A DNA stretch of 124,000 nt from Wallemia ichthyophaga EXF-994 (taxonomy: Eukaryota; Fungi; Basidiomycota): the NCBI RefSeq assembly GCF_000400465.1, contig NW_008806280.1, forward strand, positions 20,001-144,000, read 5' to 3'. How positions within the stretch are numbered: position 1 is the first letter of the stretch; every line of letters starts with the position of its first letter. Position numbers and translations under genes: made by a program. This document shows positions 94,210 to 106,084 of this stretch, piece by piece. The notes below the pieces were generated by a model. That model was not told the origin of the DNA, searched no databases, and worked only from the letters and a program-made list of their open reading frames with translations.

Positions 94210-96644
94210 ATGGCAACGAACCAGCCACAGATAAACATAAGCTATGATGATGAACAGAGTGAGTATGGCGTGTGTGTTATATCCCCTCTTATCACTGTCC
94301 CCAGATAAGGCAGAGGATTTCCTTGGGAAGCACAAAGCAAATGAGCGCGAGCAATCTGACGCGACGCTATTGGCTGGGATGGAAGATGTGAACATGTATG
94401 GTTCAAGCACAGCCAATCCGGGCAATCCACCCAGCGGTCTCAAATACATGGATCAGCTCGTGCGTCTTGGGCGTACACGCGCACCACTCTAACACACCCA
94501 CAGCAACGGATTTCAAACAGACTACAAGAGGAGCTCGTCATTGATCTTGAGGACGTGGCTAGTGTGAGTATTCGCCTTTCACCGCCCGCTCCACTCACTC
94601 TCAGCAGCACCAAGGCGGCCCCAGCCTCGTACATAGCATCACAAACAACACGCGCCGCTACATTGACATTTTCAGTAAAGCGGTCGACAAGCTTATGCCG
94701 CAGCCTACGCTCGACATTTCCAGCAAAGACGACGTTCTCGACACTATCGCCCACCAGCGTCGCCAGAAGCAGTCGGAGAATGAAGAATCTGGCATGCAGG
94801 GTTTCCCTGAGCAGATTATGCGTCGCTACAACCTCTACTTCAAGCCACGCAACGCTGCCCCTCTTCTCGCCGTGCGCACCATCCGCGGTGCAGACGTCGG
94901 TAAATTGGTAACCGTTAAGGCGATAGTGACGCGCGTATCGGAAGTGAAGCCATGCCTCAAGTTCAACGCATACACCTGCGACGCGTGTGGACATGAGATT
95001 TTCCAAGAAATCACCTCGAGACAATTCACTCCGATCACCGACTGTGTGTCTTCTGACTGCCAGATCAACCAGACGAAGGGATCGCTACATCAACAAACAC
95101 GTGCATGTCGCTTCATGGCGTTCCAAGAAGTCAAGGTGCAGGAAATGGCAGAACAGGTCCCTGTCGGACATATACCGCGCACAATGACCATTCATATGTA
95201 TGGGAATCTCGCTCGCACCGTTAATCCAGGTGACGTTTGCCATATCGCTGGTATTTTCCTTCCTCAGCCTTACACAGGCTTTAGGGCTATACGCGCTGGT
95301 CTCCTCCAAGACACTTACCTCGAGGCGCAGTATGTCCACCAGCTCAAAAAGCAGTACGACGAAATGGAATTGACCCCCGAGATCGAGGAAAAGATTGCTG
95401 AACTCACCCAGGATCCTTCCCTCTATTCCAAGCTTGCCAATTCGATAGCTCCAGAAATATACGGCCACGACGACGTAAAAAAAGCTCTGCTCTTGCTGCT
95501 CGTTGGTGGTGTAACTAAGGGGATGGGAGACGGGATGAAAATACGTGGAGACATTAATGTGTGTCTGATGGGTGATCCAGGTGTAGCCAAGTCGCAGCTC
95601 CTCAAGTACATATCCAAGATAGCACCTCGCGGGGTGTACACAACGGGACGCGGTTCCTCTGGAGTAGGATTGACAGCGGCGGTGATGCGCGACCCCGTCA
95701 CCGACGAGATGGTTCTTGAAGGCGGTGCACTCGTCCTAGCCGACAATGGTATCTGCTGCATCGATGAGTTCGACAAGATGGAAGAGATGGATCGTACAGC
95801 CATCCACGAAGTGATGGAGCAACAAACTATATCTATCTCAAAAGCAGGCATCACGACTACCCTTAACGCCCGCACATCAATCCTCGCAGCTGCCAACCCA
95901 CTCCTCGGACGTTACAACCCCAAGATATCCCCCGTAGACAACATCAACTTGCCCGCTGCACTGCTATCGCGTTTCGACATACTCTTCCTCATGCTCGACT
96001 CACCCAGTCGCGAGGCGGACGAGCGACTCGCGCAGCATGTCACCTACGTGCACATGCACAACCAGCATCCACAAATAGAACATGAGCCTGTAGATCCGGT
96101 GATAATGAGGCATTACATCGCTCTCGCTCGTCAGAAACGTCCTGTCGTACCCCAGGCGGTGGCTGAGTATCTCACCGGCACTTACGTTCAGTTGCGCAAG
96201 GCGCAGAAGGAGGATGAGTCCGGTTTTACTTACACCTCAGCACGTACCCTCCTTGGCGTTCTTCGTCTCTCACAGGCCCTCGCTAGGTTGCGCTTTGCTG
96301 ACGTCGTTGAGCCCGCTGATGTGGACGAGGCGCTTCGTTTACTAGACGTTTCCAAAGCCTCCCTTTACGATAGTAAGGATGGAAATCGTGCAGAGAATGA
96401 TATGTCGGCTACTTCTAAAATCTGGCGCATTATTCGCGATCTTAGACGCATTAATGCCGCTGGTAGAGAGGGCGATGGTGACGATGACCTCCTTCAACTT
96501 AATCTCCGCCAGGTTAGAGATAGAGTGCTAGCTAAGGGCTTTACAGAGGATGCGCTTATGGATACTATCAACGAGTATGAACGTCTCGATATCATTCAAA
96601 GAGTCGCTGGCGGTACTCAGATACGCTTCGTCGATGAATTGTAG
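94210..96644 (+). CDS. MCM7: Replicative helicase subunit Mcm7
   Basis: [45 protein letters not shown]. Confidence 0.97.
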
Positions 96645-96748
96645 GAGCGCTTTGCTTCGGTGTTGTTGTAGTCATAGTTCTTGTCACAGTCACTCTGATT
96701 CGTCCAATGTAATATAAGTTATATAAATTAATCAAATTAATCTTATGT

Positions 96749-98119
96749 CTATAGAGATGACTGTGTTGAATTTTTTTGGTGTGTCAGATGGGCCACTACG
96801 ATGGCATTCTTGGCAGCAGATGACGGCAATTTCTCCCATCTACCCATGCGAGGTTCTTGAGCTGTAGCGGCAACGAGGACGAGCTGATCCTTCTCCTGCT
96901 CTTCCTGAACGAGCTGAATGGAGTTGACGAATCCTTTAGCGTCGATTTCTGCGAGTTTAGAGAAAGCCTTAAGATTCGCATCTATCCTCCATAGCCTAAT
97001 ATAGCCATCGCTGGACCCACTAGCAAAGAGATCCGAGTAGGGAAATGCAGCGAGCGCAGTGATTCCTCTGGGCTGCTTGATGACGCCCTCAGTCTCCGAG
97101 TGGTGGTGGTGCACGCCGTGTGCGAGATAGCTAGTGTAGATAGCTTTCTTCTTACCAATGTTCCACAAACTGATGAATCCTGAGTCACCACCAGTCAGGA
97201 AATGTTGCTCGTCGATCATGGCACACACGTCGAGACTGCCCTCCACGAAACCGGCTTGCTTGCCACGACGAATGGGCTCGCCGTCAACATCCATGCCCTG
97301 AGCATCGAAGTCAAGAGCACCGTCTATCATGTCGCGTATCTTAGATCTGCCACCACCTCTAAAGACTAATTGAGACTCGTCTACTACTTTCCAGTAACGC
97401 GCAGATTTGTCGCGACATCCAACACTCAGCGCCAGGTCAGACCTGAGTACGTCGACTGAGTAGATGGAGTCTTGGTGTCCGAAGAGTGTCTCTACGTAGG
97501 ATGGAGGGTCTGGTGGGCTAGGAGGGAAAGAGTAAATTTTGATGGATCTGTCTAAACTGGCAGCGAAGAGCGCAGTGGGGGTTGATTTTCTAAAGGATAA
97601 CGAGGTAATCGAGTCTTTGAAGCCAGGAATAGTGGTAATTAGGGAGAAAGGGGATGTTTGGGTGTTGTAAATGTCGATAGTGTTGATTGAGGTACCAACA
97701 GCGAGCCAATTGAAATCAGGGGAAGTTGCTAAGCATAAGGGGTGCCTAGTGGGTAATCTGTGCCTGTCCTTTGAGTTTAAGGGCTGCGTGTATAGATTAT
97801 TATCCTTTGCGCTGAATACTAGGATTGGTGTGGTAGAAGTAAATGAAATGATAGCGTGAGTGAGTGGTGATTTGTGCTTAATAGATCTAACTGTCTTAAT
97901 ATTTAAATTGGCTGATATAAATTTATTCATTTTGTTGCTCTTTTCGAGTAAATTGGATTCCAACGTCGTCTCGACATCCTCGCCGTCTAAACCACTCAAA
98001 TACTCCTTTGCGAGCTTAATTCTCTTATTCTGTACATCTCCCTCATCTTCGCTACTCGACGAGTACACTTCTTCTTCTCTCTCTCTCTCGCTTTCACTCC
98101 CACTCGATACGGAAGACAT
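96749..98119 (-). CDS. RRP9: U3 snoRNP WD40 protein
   Basis: LAKEYL, YVETLFGHQD, LVFRGG, FLTGGDSG.ISLW, AQEPRMGRW. Confidence 0.9.
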   Translation of the reverse strand: MSSVSSGSESEREREEEVYSSSSEDEGDVQNKRIKLAKEYLSGLDGEDVETTLESNLLEKSNKMNKFISANLNIKTVRSIKHKSPLTHAIISFTSTTPILVFSAKDNNLYTQPLNSKDRHRLPTRHPLCLATSPDFNWLAVGTSINTIDIYNTQTSPFSLITTIPGFKDSITSLSFRKSTPTALFAASLDRSIKIYSFPPSPPDPPSYVETLFGHQDSIYSVDVLRSDLALSVGCRDKSARYWKVVDESQLVFRGGGRSKIRDMIDGALDFDAQGMDVDGEPIRRGKQAGFVEGSLDVCAMIDEQHFLTGGDSGFISLWNIGKKKAIYTSYLAHGVHHHHSETEGVIKQPRGITALAAFPYSDLFASGSSDGYIRLWRIDANLKAFSKLAEIDAKGFVNSIQLVQEEQEKDQLVLVAATAQEPRMGRWEKLPSSAAKNAIVVAHLTHQKNSTQSSL

Positions 98120-100400
98120 GATGGATTGCGTCCTAGATGCGTATAAACGTGAAATATCAATCGAGTTGAATGAAATTAAAAATAATTTTATATTCAAAAT
98201 AAACGTTGATCTAGCCAGCTACTCGCTGTCGTACTCTTCTAAGCTGCTCATCTCGCTATCCACCACCCACAAACACGTTTTTAAGTACGCTTTTCCTCCT
98301 TGATCCTATACTCCCATCATTTAACATGAATTAATCAGAAATGGCGATCTCGCTGCTATCGTCGACACAAAGAACGCCGAGCTATTTCGAGGTGTTGTTT
98401 ACTCTTCCACAACTGACAATATTACCATCTCCATCGACAGAGATGAGCTCGATCTCCCTTCTCCAATCTACCTCGTAAAGCTTCAAGATGAATCCACCTA
98501 TAACAGGCTGCTACACACTATTTCCATCTACCAGAAAATCTTCACTTCAAACACCCAATCTCCCTTAATCAACACTATCTTTGGCCTGTCCAAGCCTACA
98601 TTTTGCCAGACTCCACCTGCGCTCTACCTCGACAAGTCACTCAACGATTCTCAAAAGCGCGCCGTCGATCGGTGCATCTCTGCCGATCATCTATCCCTTA
98701 TCCACGGCCCGCCAGGAACTGGAAAGTCGTACACGCTAATCGAAATTATTCGTCAGCTAATAACTCAAAATAAGCGCATTTTAGTTTGCGGTGCTTCCAA
98801 TTTGGCTGTAGACAACATCCTCGAGCGCCTCTCCGCACACAACATCCCCGTCACCAGACTCGGTCACCCCGCACGCATCCTGCACTCTCTCCAACCACAC
98901 ACCCTCGAGTATCAGACCTCCCACTCGCACCAGAATGATATCGTCAATGACGTCAAGAAGGAGCTCGAGGACTTGATGAAAGACTTAAAAGACGGCCGTA
99001 TTAAAGGCAAGCTCAAGCGGAAGAATGCGTGGAATGAAGTTAGGGAATTGAGGAAGGAGCATCGCAAGCGATCTGCTGGGGTGCTCAACAACCTCATCAC
99101 TCGCGCTCAAGTAGTACTGTGTACCCTGCACGGCGCAGGCGGACGTCAGCTGCACAACAAACATTTTGATGTGTGTATCATAGACGAGTCCACACAGGCA
99201 CTTGAACCTAGCTGTCTTATCCCTGTCCTCAAAGCCAATAAACTGATTCTAGTGAGTTTAAAACACTTTGCGGATGAGTTGAAATTTGACCTTGCTATTT
99301 AGGCAGGCGACCCCCTCCAGCTACCACCCACCGTACTCGCCCAGCCGGGCAAGAAGAAGAAGGAGGTACCCAAGATAATACCCAAAGATGGCGCGAAGAA
99401 GGCAGAGGAGGGTGCCAATGGGGGAAAAGATACACAAGAAGCAACTGCAGCACTCTCCAAAACATCAATCAGTAGCCATTCTCCACCCACCCAACCTACC
99501 CTTAAACCACTAGCCTCGCTCAACCAAACCCTCTTCGAACGGTTAGTCGGAATACACGGCAACAGGATCAAGACGCTACTCAGCGAGCAATACCGCATGA
99601 ACGATCTTATAATGCGCTACCCGTCCGAATCAATGTATGGGGGAGCGTTGACTGCACACTCGTCAGTATCGCACCATACGTTGCTCGATCTGCCCAGTGT
99701 ACAAGCGCACGAAGGAGCGCATGACGAAATAGAGCTCAATTCACCCCTCGTCCTTTTAGACACCGATGGTCTAGACTACATGGAGCGCGTCGACTCGGAG
99801 GAGATGAAGAAGGGCGAGGAGGAGGGCAGCAAGTACAACGAAAATGAGGTCGAAGTGGTGCGCGAAAAGGTTGGACAGCTCGTCAGTCAAGGTGTCCTCG
99901 ATACCCAGATCGCCATCATCACCCCTTATCAAGCTCAAGTGGGACATCTCAAAAACGCTCTGAGAGGTACATACCCCGGTTGCGAGATCGGCAGTGTCGA
100001 TGGCGTACAGGGACGCGAGGAGGAAGTAGTGATCATGTCGCTTGTGCGCTCGAATGATGCAGTGGGTGTCTAACGCTTTGTGCTTTTAGTTAGTTGATCA
100101 CCGCTCACTACTCTCTTTTTTCTTTTAGGGCGAAGTAGGCTTTTTGAAGGAGGAACGCAGGTTGAATGTGGCTATGACCAGAGCTAAAAGGCAGCTGGTG
100201 GGTGTTTTGATTTTTTTTTTCATTTGGCCGGGTGCTGATTTTGCATTGCAGATTGTCGTCGGGAATAGCGCAACTATCAGACGCGGGAGCACATACCTGA
100301 AGAAGTGAGTTTGTTGAGGTTTTGATTTGTGTTTAGCTTATCACACGCGCAGGTGGATGGACTTTTTGGAAGAGCACGCTGATATTCAGGTGCCTGAGTA
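98118..100400 (+). CDS. HCS1: SF1 helicase Hcs1/IGHMBP2, multi-exon
   Basis: IHGPPGTGKS, ASNLAVDN, IIDESTQA, GDPLQLPP, LSEQYRMN, GSVDGVQGRE, RRLNVAMTRAK. Confidence 0.93.
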
Positions 100401-100822
100401 ATTTTTCTTTGTAGATGACGAGATAAGCAAATGAGTAGATAAATAGACTTTTTTGCGTGCTCCTATCTGATTGGCTGAGAGTGTGATGATTTGAAAGAAG
100501 ATGAATTGGATGCAATTGTTTACATGGGTGTTTTAAGCGTACCCGCGTGTGCTACTTTCCTCTTACGCCGCAACCGCAGATCTGGATAGGTGCACACCAC
100601 CGCGCACACAAATAAAGACGCGTAATTTCAGAGCTAAGGAGCCTTTAAATGCTTCAGCCCCACTTCAGCATCGTATTTACACCTCAAACGCCAACGAAAA
100701 AGAAATAAATTCCTCATCAAGCTGATTTTGACGCGCCTGGGATCTCTCACCCGAACGACGACGACGATCGATTAAGCGGGATATTAAAGGATTTCTAAAG
100801 CATACAGCACAGCGAAAACGTC

Positions 100823-103131
100823 ATGAAAACTCCGCCACGCCCAAAATCGACAAAGCTCTCCGAGACGTGCGCACCACCGCCGGAGACGATTAGAGATAAG
100901 AAGAGGAATAAGAAATATTCGCGGCATGGGCTCTTAGGGGAGGTGAGAAATGACAGCGACGGGGATGAAAACGAATCTGACACTCGAGTAGGGCGGATTC
101001 GCACGAGTGTACGAAGTCGAGGATGACCACGGCGGGTTGCTTGCCATTAAGACAATATCTAAAACAGCGCTGCAGTCCAAGAAAAACAGGACTAAGGTGT
101101 GTCTTGAATTCTGATAATATTGTGACGCACACACTGACACACTCACAGCTCTATGCTGAAATCAAACTGCATAAAGCATTATCACACCCGAATATAGTCG
101201 GCTTTGAGGAATGCTTCGAGGATGAAGAAAACGTTTACATGCTGATGGAATTGTGCAAGGCAGGCAATATGATGGATCTTCTTCGCGCGAGAAAGAGATA
101301 CACAGCTCCAGAAACACGCTTCTTCCTCGTACAGCTTATAGGCGCGTGTCAGTACATGCACGAGCATTCAGTTATTCACCGTGACCTTAAACTGGGCAAC
101401 TTGTTTTTGGACGAGTCGATGAATGTCAAAGTGGGTGACTTTGGCTTGGCCGCTTTGATTGAGCGCGAGGGCGAGCGGAAGAAAACAATATGCGGTACTC
101501 CAAATTATATCGCTCCAGAAGTTCTATTTGATACATCGAATGGACACAGCTTTGAAGTCGACGTGTGGTCTATTGGCGTAATCATGTACACTCTTCTAGT
101601 AGGGAAACCACCGTTTCAGACCAAAGATGTCAAGGAAATTTACAAGTGGGTTTGAGACACTGCTGAGACATGCGCACTTAACACTCACCCTTCAGACGGA
101701 TAAAAGACAATTTGTACGAATTCCCAGTGGATGATCCAATCCCGACTGAAGCTGAGGATCTCATTTCGTGCATCCTGACACCAGATCCTAGTGGGTTTGA
101801 GTTACTTAATAACTTGATTTTTCAGCTAACAACAAACTCCAGACGACAGACCGACTCTTCACGAAATTTTAGACCATCCTTTCTTTAGTGGGATTACGCC
101901 GCCATCTATCCCGTCAACAGCGCGCATGTCTAAACCTGACTTCAGCAACGTGACAAACGCAATGTCTAAACATAACATGCGCAGGCTGCGTCAGCAAGTA
102001 GAGCTCGACATTTCACGCCCAATAGCGGCCAAGAATGGCGAAGAGAAGACGGAGAGTGTGTCTGTCGCAGAGCAGGAGAGGGAGTTCAACAAGGCAGTAC
102101 AACCATCATCGCCAATCTCCACACTGCTCAGCTCGGCCAGGCAGCCACTGATTGTTGCCAACAGTCTCCCATCGCAGCCGCTGCTTAGACAGGCGACAAC
102201 TGCAGCACTTGCTGAGAAAGAGAAGAAACAGAAAATGGAAATACACGCATCGAACAAGAAATACATGGAGAATTTGGAAAAGAAAGATGGCGAGGACGAG
102301 GAAATTGCTGATCAGAAGCTGAGAATAGTTAGTGAAATGGTCAACAACGATGAGAAAAATAAAGGAAAAGCGAGAGCATTGGATGAGAATAATCAACTTC
102401 CACCACCTAAAAGCAAAAGCAAGAGCAGTTGTTTTGTGGAAATGCACACTAATCTTCACAACGCATTCACTGCCAAACGTGAAGCAAAGCGTTTCGAGAT
102501 ACCATCACAATACCGCGACACAGATTCGGACAAAGCATCCAAAGTTTTCATAGTTAGTTGGTTAGATTACTGCAATAAATATGGAATGGGATATGCATTA
102601 ACTGATGGCACCGTTGGCGTGTATTTCAACGATTCAACATCCATGGTGCTATCACCTGCAAAGGAAACGGTTGACTATATAGCGTCTCGTGGTAAATCGA
102701 GCACAGCGGTAAGGAAAAATTTCAACATAGATAAGGAGATACCGAAGGATTTAGAAAGTAAGATGTTGTTGTTGAGACATTTCGAGGATTATATGCTCGA
102801 GAGGCTCTATGGAGCACGTTCATACACATACGTAGATGAAGAAAGGCGGAAGGGGATGACTTTTGTGCAGAGATACTATCGGATGAAAAATCTGATAGTG
102901 TTCAAGCTGTCAAATGATGTCGTGCAATTCAACTTTTATGATCACACCAAGATGATACTCAGTCAGGGAGGGTGTTTGGTTACATACATCGATAAGGATT
103001 ACGCGTTATCGAGATGGACACTGGATGAGATATTGGAAAAGCAAAGCAAGGATGAAAGGGAGAAGAAAAAGATGGAAGGGATATTAGTCAAGCTCAAGTA
103101 CTGTAAGGATGTATTTGCAACAGGGAGGTAG
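100823..103131 (+). CDS. CDC5: Polo-like kinase
   Basis: [28 protein letters not shown], polo boxes ([12 protein letters not shown]; QFNFYDHTK). Confidence 0.96.
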
Positions 103132-103195
103132 TGGCAAGTGTAAGAACATGACGATTAATAAAGTATGTGTACATGATGTGAGGTGTGTTTATAGC

Positions 103196-103631
103196 TTAAG
103201 CGATGTTACGGAGGACAAGAATGACGGAATCGCCGCTAATTTGGGTGTGGTTAGGAGGGTGTTTCAGTTAAAGACATAGCACTCACCGCAGGAACATTTT
103301 GCTAATGAATCTATCCTTATTGATTGGTTGCTTCCCTTTTCCTTTTGGAACTTCTGTCCACATTTCCTTTACATTTTCAAGCACCTAGGTGAAACGAATG
103401 AGAAGACAAGTAAAATGAGAGCAATTATAGTACCATATTTGAATGCCTATCGAAAGCTTTAACTCTTGCTAGCAATTTCCTGTTATTTCTCAAACTGACT
103501 AATATTTGAGTGTTATTCTTCACGCTCTGCTGGAGCACCGATAAAGGACCTTGGCTGAGTTCAAACTCCTCCAGTTGTCTAATTTGATCCTCATTCAACT
103601 CAGATTTTGGCGTATTTACGAATTCAGACAT
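103196..103631 (-). CDS. SMD2: Sm protein D2
   Basis: [57 protein letters not shown]. Confidence 0.97.
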
Positions 103632-103652
103632 GTAGCTTTACGTTGGCTTGTG

Positions 103653-104907
103653 ATGGTCAAGAGGAAACGAAGTGAGCCATTCGTATGCAATCATTGCGGA
103701 AAGTCTTTTGAAAAATTATCAAAGTATACAGAGCATACACGCAAGCACACCGGGGAGGTGCGTTTGGCTTGTCCAATTGATTTACCTACTAAACCACCCA
103801 TAGAGACCATTGAAGTGCTCAAAATGCAATGCTGTGTTTAGAAAAGATAGCCACTTAAAAGCACACGAGCGAACGCACGAATCAGAATCGAGTAAACCAT
103901 TCAGCTGCACTCACTGTGATAAACAATTCTGGACGAATCAACACCTAAAAAGGCATTTAAAAACACACGAATCAAGCTTCATTTGCAACTACTGCGATAA
104001 ATCATTCTCAAAACAATATCAACTTAGAAATCACGTCGCTGGTGAGCATAATCCAGTTGGTACTCTACCACACATATGTGCACACCCGGGCTGCACGAAA
104101 TCATTCCCTACAAACGCGAAGCTCAGAAGACATGCTCAAGTTCATCAGTCTGATAGATATAGCTGTGGACACGATCAATGTACTCACCTCTCTTTTAACA
104201 AATGGACCGAACTTCAGGCGCATATCAGACAAGAACATAAACCAACTTGTCCTTACGAGTCTTGTCACAAGGTTTTTAGTAATAGGACCAACCTCAACCA
104301 GCATTTGCTTCTCCATGACCAGAAAGAGGTGGAGAGGGAATTGGGTTTAGAGGAGCAGGCAAAAAACGTAAAAGGTGGTTTGGTTGCTAGAGATTTTCAT
104401 TGTCAGGTGCAGGGCTGTGACAAGAGCTTCAAATCTCACCGTGCTCTCACCGTCCACATCAACACCACTCATCTCAACATACGTCCCTTCGTTTGTCTCC
104501 AATGCGATAAGAGCTATGGCTACAAACATCTGCTACAGAGACACTTACAAACGCACAAAAAACAAAAGGATGTTAAGAAGCCAAAGAAGACCACTATCGA
104601 GAAGTTCACCGGTGTTGATTACATGAAAAGAAACATCGAATGCCCATATAAGGATATACTTGAGTTAGATACTCTCCCGGACTGCTCTTTTAGATATACT
104701 AGACGCTACGATCTACGTCGACACCTCGCCTCCAAGCATCACATTCACTTCACTAAAGAAGAGCTGGATTATTGGTTGGACGGAGGCATAGACGAGCAAG
104801 AAAGTGTCAGTGCGAATGAAGAAGAGCTGAACAAGGAGCATAAAAGCCAACATGAGAGCTTGACTGAGGATGAGGAGCTGGATCAATCAATAGAAGCGCA
104901 GGATTGA
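103653..104907 (+). CDS. C2H2 array protein, probable TFIIIA
   Basis: Nine regular C2H2 fingers plus a widely spaced tenth (CPYK..PDC..LRRHL..KH). Confidence 0.75.
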
Positions 104908-106084
104908 TGCAGCTAACATTTATATATTTATTTGTACTTAAATTGTAATGTTTGTAATATATGTATCATTTTGTAGCTATTGACTTTGTGAAAACTTCTC
105001 AGCGTCGAGCAGCGCTTTGTAAACATCCACTTATTTTTGACATGCTACAGGGATGATGATTTGTTTTGAAAATGCAAATTCATACTATAGAATCTAGAAG
105101 ATTCCAACACAATCTTCCTTGTCCCCATACCCCAACTATTTGTTTTTTTAGGAATGCACCAGTCGATCCAAACCCCCTTCCCTCGGGATTCAGAGTTGAG
105201 CTGACCCCCACTTTGATTTACAATACATCATTTTCGATAAGTATTCATTGAATAATAGTGACCTTGATCCTCCCCTATAGCCAGGTTTTAAAAGGCCTCA
105301 AATCGAAAAATGTACTATGTTTTACAATGCTGTTACTGGCATTATTTAAACAAGACGGTCTGTATCAGCTCAAAATCACAATAAGAATCGATTGGGCGCG
105401 TGTAATACTCCTTGTTAATACTATGGCGTACTATAGAGCGATTTCGAACCATGACTCTCGATCAGCATGCAGAGCATGATTAGGAGCGCCAGAGATCTAA
105501 ATCTGGCAAAGCATATTTGTACCAGCCATAGCTATCAATCAAGCATTTTTATTTGGAGATCATCAAAAGTTGTAAATCATCATCCGAGATGAGTTAAGTA
105601 TGGCACGCGAAAAATCAATTCGATGGATAGTGAGTGAACAAAGAATACAAAGGTATAGTTGGAGTGCTCGAGAGCTACTGAGAAGAAAGGTGTTGTAAGT
105701 TTATACAGAATGTCTGAACACGAATCTGCTGTGCTCATCTTCATGTTCACTTGGTCATTTGCAAGGCCAATTGCATTGAAATAATGACCCCGACTATCTG
105801 AAAGCTGCTTTTAATAGTGGACCTTCATCCCCTCGGCTATCTCGTTGAATCGTACTGAGACCATCATAGTCGCAGCTCTTACTACCTATTCTTGCATCAT
105901 TTTAAAATAAATTAACAACTACATGCGTATATGCATTTCTTTAAAAATAACAATAAGAGATCATGTTAAGAATTGTTCACAAAGTAGTAGAGTGTTCGCT
106001 GAAGAGTGGAGGAATTTGTAGCGTTTGTTGTTAAATAAATAAATCGTCCATGCAAATATACGCCTCTAAAGTAAGCCTATTATT

